From: a virus
Taxonomy: Duplodnaviria > Heunggongvirae > Uroviricota > Caudoviricetes
Direction: 5' to 3' (one strand)
Virus record (IMG/VR): IMGVR_UViG_3300028361_000020
Location: 64,001 to 101,322 of that record
Length of the DNA: 37,322 bases
How positions within the stretch are numbered: the first letter of the stretch is position 1; each line of letters opens with the position of its first letter. Made by a program: the position numbers and the translations under genes. The notes beneath the pieces are model-generated. The model worked only from the letters and a program-made list of their open reading frames with translations. It was not told the DNA's origin and ran no database searches. Below, piece by piece: positions 32,532 to 37,322 of this stretch.

Positions 32532-33208
32532 GCAAATTCCTTCCAACTAGGATCGCGTAAAAGGGAATCCATTAGTTCTGTTGCTTCGTCTTCTTCGAGT
32601 ACTGCCAACATAGATTCCAAGCACTCCATGCTTGCACTTGTGCTGTTGGCTCCTAATAATATGTATGACACTTGGTCTATGTAGCAAGTGACTAGCTCGC
32701 CGCGCTTTCCATTGTCGGTTCTTCTGTACAGTCCCTGGAACGCACTCCACACAAGATTTTGCTTTTTTGCAAGTTTCATTAATGCAAGATGCTTGTTCAT
32801 ACCTTTGTACAAACTTCCATCTGGTATATTGTGAATGTGAAAATCTTTGATTTGTCTTGCATTTGGTACAACCGATATATCAACTTGATAAAATGCATCA
32901 CCGTCTGGCACTCTGATGTGTACTGATATGCCGTTGAGTTTGGTAGTAAACCCTGCATCTTTGAATACATCTCTCAAGTGTTTGCGAATCTTTGTAGGAT
33001 TGGTTTCCTTGAATCTCGAAGAGCAAAGCAACTCATCAACTATGATGTCAAAGTCACCGCTGAGTTTACCAGGTGTCGGTGTAGCTGTACTGCCAACTGG
33101 AAATGCGCCAATGCGTAGCTTATCCAATACGGGATATATCTGCGAAGTTATGTGGTCAATTCTACTGTGATCAAATGGTTGAGTGCCTGTGAAAACGTTT
33201 CCGCCCAT
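32528..33208 (-). CDS. pol-beta-superfamily nucleotidyltransferase
   Basis: VGS-x8-SGDFDIIVD and YQVD third carboxylate. Confidence 0.75.
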   Translation of the reverse strand: MGGNVFTGTQPFDHSRIDHITSQIYPVLDKLRIGAFPVGSTATPTPGKLSGDFDIIVDELLCSSRFKETNPTKIRKHLRDVFKDAGFTTKLNGISVHIRVPDGDAFYQVDISVVPNARQIKDFHIHNIPDGSLYKGMNKHLALMKLAKKQNLVWSAFQGLYRRTDNGKRGELVTCYIDQVSYILLGANSTSASMECLESMLAVLEEDEATELMDSLLRDPSWKEFA

Positions 33209-33209
33209 G

Positions 33210-33464
33210 TTACTTCTTCTTTGTTTCTATGATTTTGTCTAAGCCTGTTTTGAACTTGCGAGGGTTGTTTGCTCTTATGCTATTAACGAATCGTCGCTCC
33301 AATTCAATAGCTGTGCGGTCGTCATATGTTTCATGTATCTTTGACAACAGGTTAATTGCACTTTCAATAATGTTGTGCCCAGTTGACTGAATGAACTCAT
33401 CTGTGTGAGATGTTCTCCCAACGGATGATAACTCTTCTAAGATGCTTCGTGTTCTTTTTTTCAT
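33210..33464 (-). CDS. hypothetical phage protein, 84 aa (TRSILEEL...NSIR)
   Basis: Start re-called to ATG 33464 (GAGG Shine-Dalgarno, TAAATA at 33482..33487). Confidence 0.75.
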   Translation of the reverse strand: MKKRTRSILEELSSVGRTSHTDEFIQSTGHNIIESAINLLSKIHETYDDRTAIELERRFVNSIRANNPRKFKTGLDKIIETKKK

Positions 33465-33660
33465 TATATCTTCCTCACTAATATTTAGTAAGATTATTCG
33501 CATAATGTAACAGAAGTGTCTGCCTTTGTAAAGCACAATCTGCCATGCGCTAAACACATAACGACTTTGCTTAAAATGCAATTGATTTTGTGCCAACAGC
33601 GTGTTAAATATAGTTGTACAGTTTAAAAACTACACACACATACATATATGAAAGAACCTT

Positions 33661-33828
33661 ATGTTAATTACAAGAATATACACAAATTTAAAAACATGTA
33701 TTGCAACACGCATAGACAATCAACGCACAATGAGAGAACTTGACCACCTAACTGACAGACAATTGTCGGACATTGGACTTAGCCGTTGGATGATAGGCAA
33801 TATCCCATTTGGAGATCGCAATGTTTGA
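33661..33828 (+). CDS. DUF1127 (YjiS-like) small protein, 55 aa
   Basis: Not in the ORF track; RTMRELDHLTDRQLSDIGLSR. Confidence 0.85.
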   Translation: MLITRIYTNLKTCIATRIDNQRTMRELDHLTDRQLSDIGLSRWMIGNIPFGDRNV

Positions 33829-33982
33829 ATTATTCGCAACATTTTTGGGCGTAAGGAACGCAACTAACCTTCCTTACAAGCTCACTCGTCGTCAACAAGA
33901 AATGGAAGACTATTTGTCCAAATCTATTGACCGGTATGACCTGGAACGTCGTGAACGAGAACTTGATCGCAGAGGATATTAG
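33821..33982 (+). CDS. DUF3563-like small protein, 53 aa
   Basis: Not in the ORF track; EMEDYLSKSIDRYDLERREREL; GGAG Shine-Dalgarno. Confidence 0.75.
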   Translation: MFELFATFLGVRNATNLPYKLTRRQQEMEDYLSKSIDRYDLERRERELDRRGY

Positions 33983-33984
33983 AT

Positions 33985-34122
33985 TTGACCCTAAGAAAAT
34001 CAATTACTAGGTGGATAAACTTGGTTACCCAGGCAAGACTATTTGATACGTTGTGCGAGCAAGGCCGCTACGAAGAGGCGCAGTCTCTTATTACTAACGG
34101 CAATTTAAAAGGATGGAGTTAA
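33985..34122 (+). CDS. small protein, 45 aa (ARLFDTLCEQGRYEEAQSL), TTG start
   Basis: AGAGGA Shine-Dalgarno; stop overlaps the next ATG. Confidence 0.55.
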   Translation: MTLRKSITRWINLVTQARLFDTLCEQGRYEEAQSLITNGNLKGWS

Positions 34123-34277
34123 TGTCCTTATTAAAACGTGTTGGCGCGCGACTCATGCAGGGTTTTGAAATCTCTGGATACACACGAGCCGGTAGATGCT
34201 TGCGAGCACAAGGTTATCTCAAAGAAGCAGAAGACTGTTTTAAAAAGCAAGCGAAATTAGAGGAAACTAGATGCTAA
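34122..34277 (+). CDS. small protein, 51 aa (RAGRCLRAQGYLKEAEDC)
   Basis: GGAG Shine-Dalgarno; TAATG coupling at both ends. Confidence 0.7.
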   Translation: MSLLKRVGARLMQGFEISGYTRAGRCLRAQGYLKEAEDCFKKQAKLEETRC

Positions 34278-34441
34278 TGTTACTTAAATCTGTTGCATCA
34301 AGATTGATGTACAACAGCACTGTGCAACGATTGCGTATGATGACCGACTCCCAATTAAACGATATTGGTATTAGTCGTAAAGACATTGCTCGTGCAGTAA
34401 GCGGTGCAATGTCTCAAAAAGAAATAATGTCGAGAAATTAA
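34277..34441 (+). CDS. second DUF1127 small protein, 54 aa
   Basis: TVQRLRMMTDSQLNDIGISRKDI. Confidence 0.85.
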   Translation: MLLKSVASRLMYNSTVQRLRMMTDSQLNDIGISRKDIARAVSGAMSQKEIMSRN

Positions 34442-34446
34442 ACCCC

Positions 34447-34474
34447 TTGACATTATTGTATAACGTGCTATATT
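34447..34474 (+). promoter_or_regulatory. sigma70-type promoter TTGACA-16-TATATT with TG extension
   Basis: Direct reading. Confidence 0.55.
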
Positions 34475-34525
34475 GGTACTACGTTACACAATTAGATAAT
34501 ATTATACACACACAGGAGAACTACA

Positions 34526-34810
34526 ATGACAGATCTAAAAGAAATGGCCAACGAATGGAAAAAGCTCGTGCCAACAGTAAGCTTCAACAAGAACGGCTAT
34601 GAAATCCGTTCTAACGTGCTAGAAATGGCCAAGCATCAGGTATGGCAGGATTACGAAGCCACAGTCGGCATGGTTGGTATGAAAGTGAAAAAAGAAGGCG
34701 ACGAAGTTGTTACCGTCATCACTATGCCAGACGTTCCTGGCACAGAAAAGATTCTCGAAACTGCGCAAGCATTTTACGACTTTGTAAATAACAGTAAACC
34801 AAAAGCCTAA
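34526..34810 (+). CDS. hypothetical phage protein, 94 aa (NKNGYEIR...FYDFV)
   Basis: AGGAG Shine-Dalgarno. Confidence 0.8.
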   Translation: MTDLKEMANEWKKLVPTVSFNKNGYEIRSNVLEMAKHQVWQDYEATVGMVGMKVKKEGDEVVTVITMPDVPGTEKILETAQAFYDFVNNSKPKA

Positions 34811-34862
34811 TTATATTAATTAGATTCGGAGCATAGCTCTTAGTATATTAAAAATGAATAAA

Positions 34863-34892
34863 AGCCCTTGTTACTTAATTGTAGCAGGGGCT
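34863..34892. terminator. hairpin between convergent genes, probable bidirectional terminator
   Basis: 12-bp stem AGCCCTTGTTAC-6-GTAGCAGGGGCT (with G-U pairs); A/T tracts flank it. Confidence 0.6.
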
Positions 34893-34911
34893 AACCTATT
34901 TAAAACTGTAA

Positions 34912-37001
34912 TTAATTTAACTTAATAGCAAATATCGAACGATTGTTGGCAGTCATTGTGCCTACTATCACTCTTCCAAACAACTCAATGTCTTCGCCTG
35001 CGCCCACAGTAGCAGTACCTACTATAACCGCATGCTGACTGCGGCTGAATATTTGTGTTTTTGAACTGAAAAATGAAGATGCAATGCGGCTGCCGTTCTG
35101 ATACAATTCAAATTCAACTTCGGATATAGTGCCTGTTGCAAGATATACATTGCCTTCAATTTCAGAAAACCCGGTAATTAATCCGTTGCCCGAATTAATG
35201 TCACCAATTCCACCCGGAATAATAGTGTTACTAATAGTACCTGCAGGTGTAAAGAAGGCAAATTCTTCTAGCAGACCTAGTGTCAATGATGTTGATCCCA
35301 CTGGTACAGCAAATGTAGCTTCGCCCATAGTGAGTGCACCTGTTTTTGTAAACAGCCTGCCTTCTAATGAAAATGGTATTCCTGGTGCAATAGCGCCTGA
35401 TCCAATATACGTACCTTGTATATTACAACTTGCTCCTATGGATAGCGCGCCCACTACATACCAAAAAATATTACATGCCTTTGCACCGTTAACAAGAGAC
35501 GTGGTCGCACCAACAGACAATGCATGCCCTGCCCCGCATTTGAAAATAAATGTTGCATTTGGATCACCTTCGGCATCGAATATAATATTGCCGCCGTGTG
35601 TTGTTGCGCCCGTAACAGTGTAAAATCCTGCGGTAATAGTTTCGCCTGCGCCGTATGAATCAGCGTGTGCAATAGCAGAAGGTTGTCCTTCTATTTCAGC
35701 TATCAATGCAGTTAAGTCACTGCCCAGTTTACTGGAAACAACAGCTGGCTTAACGGTATATTGTATATTTGATTCAACTCGATATACACCAGCGATTGCA
35801 GTAAGTGTCATTCCGTCAACTAATGCCATGGGATTCGGCGTAAAGTCTGCGCCTGTGACAGTGTCGGCTTCGTAATATGTAGTATTAGCTGTAGGTAGTG
35901 TCCACGATAAGCTTCCGGCGCCATCAGTGGTCAGATACTGCCCAGGTGCGCCGCCTGTTATAGTAATAGCGGCAACGGCACCCAGGTTGGTGTTTCCTGA
36001 GAAGGATTTGTTGCCAGCTATGCTTTGGTTACCAGTCGTATACACACCATTTGTTACTGTGTCAGCATTTCCAGTTAGATCACCAGTTACCCCCAGTGGT
36101 GCTAGAATACCTGTCTCTGTAAATTCGGCGGCAATTGTGTTTGTTGCCGCAGCCGCTGATCCATTTGGAGTTATACGGATGTTAATTTTACCGCCTTGAT
36201 TACCAGTGCTTTGATCTTCAGTTGCGATCCAACTGATAGCACCTGAGCCAAAATCTTCAAAATCGGCGCCTGTGCTGGCCTGTCCTGCAATTCTAAAAAT
36301 TATCTCGCCGTTTAATACTTGTGTAAGCGACCCAACTGTTCCGTTGTATCTGCGTCCTACAAATAACGGATAATTATTATTTGCATCCATATATTTTCGT
36401 GTTATTAATCTATCATGGCCAGTGGTATGAATTATTACACCACTTTGATTAGGTGGATGAAAAGCACCTGTAGAGTTGCCCGATATTTCAACTGCGCCAG
36501 CAAGTCCGTCAGTGTTTGGTGTTAAAATACGAACCTTGCCCAAATTGTCAACTTTAAAAATTGGCTCATTGCTGGTTGTTGTATTTAAGTCTGTGTCCCA
36601 ACGATGCACATGGAACATTCCAACTATATTAATGATCCCGGCACCACTAGTTGAAATAGTAATAGGCTGGGAAGAATTTGCAGATGATAGCACCGCTACT
36701 GATTCGCCCTGCAAAGTTTGTGTAGTTGATTCAAAGTCACCAAATTTAAAATTTAAATCAGCTTGATTAACAATGATTTGGCCGTTAGCATTTGTAGTAA
36801 CACCTGGTCCTAATCTAACACTGCCAAAGGTAGTTGTTGTTGCTACTGCTACTGCAATTGCTGTGCCGCCCGAGTGACGCCGTCACTTAGTCGAATCTCA
36901 CCTGTGTCGTCGTCGTAGAACAGGCGGCCCTTATTGCCAACATAATTTGCTCGGGTAACCGGCGCGCCGTTTCTACTTAGAAAGAAATCATAAATTGCCA
37001 T
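34912..37001 (-). CDS. virion fibre-like protein (~696 aa) with a DUF3494 ice-binding-like domain; apparent 1-nt deletion at ~36872
   Basis: N-terminus MAIYDFFLSRN...YVGNKGRLFYD..TGEIRLSDGVT(P)GG joins the 600-aa track ORF after a one-base shift; C-terminal half has DAEGDPNATFIF...LVNGAKACNIFW.V.GA...GRLF. Confidence 0.8.
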
Positions 37002-37004
37002 GGA

Positions 37005-37310
37005 TTATTCCTCAAATGGGCCGTCGTCGTCGGCTGCATTATGAAATCTTGAACGCGGCTTCATTCCTGCATTTTTTCTAATGATGTTAATTGCTTCGTT
37101 GTCTTCTTGATCATCATACACGCTCGGCACGTCTTCTGACTTCTTCAATAGTTCTAATTTAGCTTGTAACGGCGGCAAAAACTTCGATCCTTCGTCTGCA
37201 GGATCATCTTCGACACTGTCGATATGCTGAATTGCTTTTCCGATAACAGGGTCTGATTGTGCTCCGTCAACTTGATCTGCTAATGCTCTTAAAAGATCTG
37301 ATATTTTCAT
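37005..37310 (-). CDS. acidic hypothetical phage protein, 101 aa (FLPPLQAKLELLKK)
   Basis: GAG Shine-Dalgarno, ORF coupled to the next gene. Confidence 0.75.
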   Translation of the reverse strand: MKISDLLRALADQVDGAQSDPVIGKAIQHIDSVEDDPADEGSKFLPPLQAKLELLKKSEDVPSVYDDQEDNEAINIIRKNAGMKPRSRFHNAADDDGPFEE

Positions 37311-37322
37311 GGGTATACTCCT

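Noticed and set aside
1-33208. Plus-strand ORFs in the track (e.g. 3007..3438, 10049..10429, 35129..35623) and nested minus-strand alternates
   Set aside because: They are antisense or alternate-frame shadows of well-supported genes, without SD sites or recognisable motifs.
1-37322. Genome-wide amber (TAG) recoding
   Set aside because: The long conserved genes have no internal TAG, and infA, the hydrolase and others end on TAG at natural positions; only one in-frame TAG (8398) was found.

Overview
A 37 kb segment of a large T4-like dsDNA tailed phage genome, with almost all genes on the minus strand. Two promoter classes are visible: sigma70-type (TTGACA-17-TATAAT-like) and late-type TAAATA. 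The host is probably an alphaproteobacterium, inferred from the two-piece tmRNA, DUF1127 proteins, porin and hemO-pcyX. The left part is an accessory/host-takeover region: tilS, infA with a structured leader, an alpha/beta hydrolase, pcyX-hemO bilin biosynthesis, clpS, rpsU (bS21), a porin, a circularly permuted tmRNA and many small ORFs. The middle holds a 5'-nucleotidase, glutaredoxin, nrdB and a class Ia nrdA broken into four ORFs. That nrdA has one cis mini-intein, two different split inteins, one non-spliced break flanked by a basic and an acidic tail, and a relic HNH endonuclease. Next is an exonuclease whose 3' end is duplicated around a GIY-YIG homing endonuclease. The right part holds late/virion-type genes, a ligase-motif protein with KTSC and nucleotidyltransferase neighbours, a plus-strand cassette of tiny DUF1127/DUF3563-type proteins, and a virion protein with a DUF3494 ice-binding-like domain. 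All family assignments come from motif recognition by eye; no database search was run. Two single-base frameshifts and one in-frame amber suggest some sequence-consensus errors.
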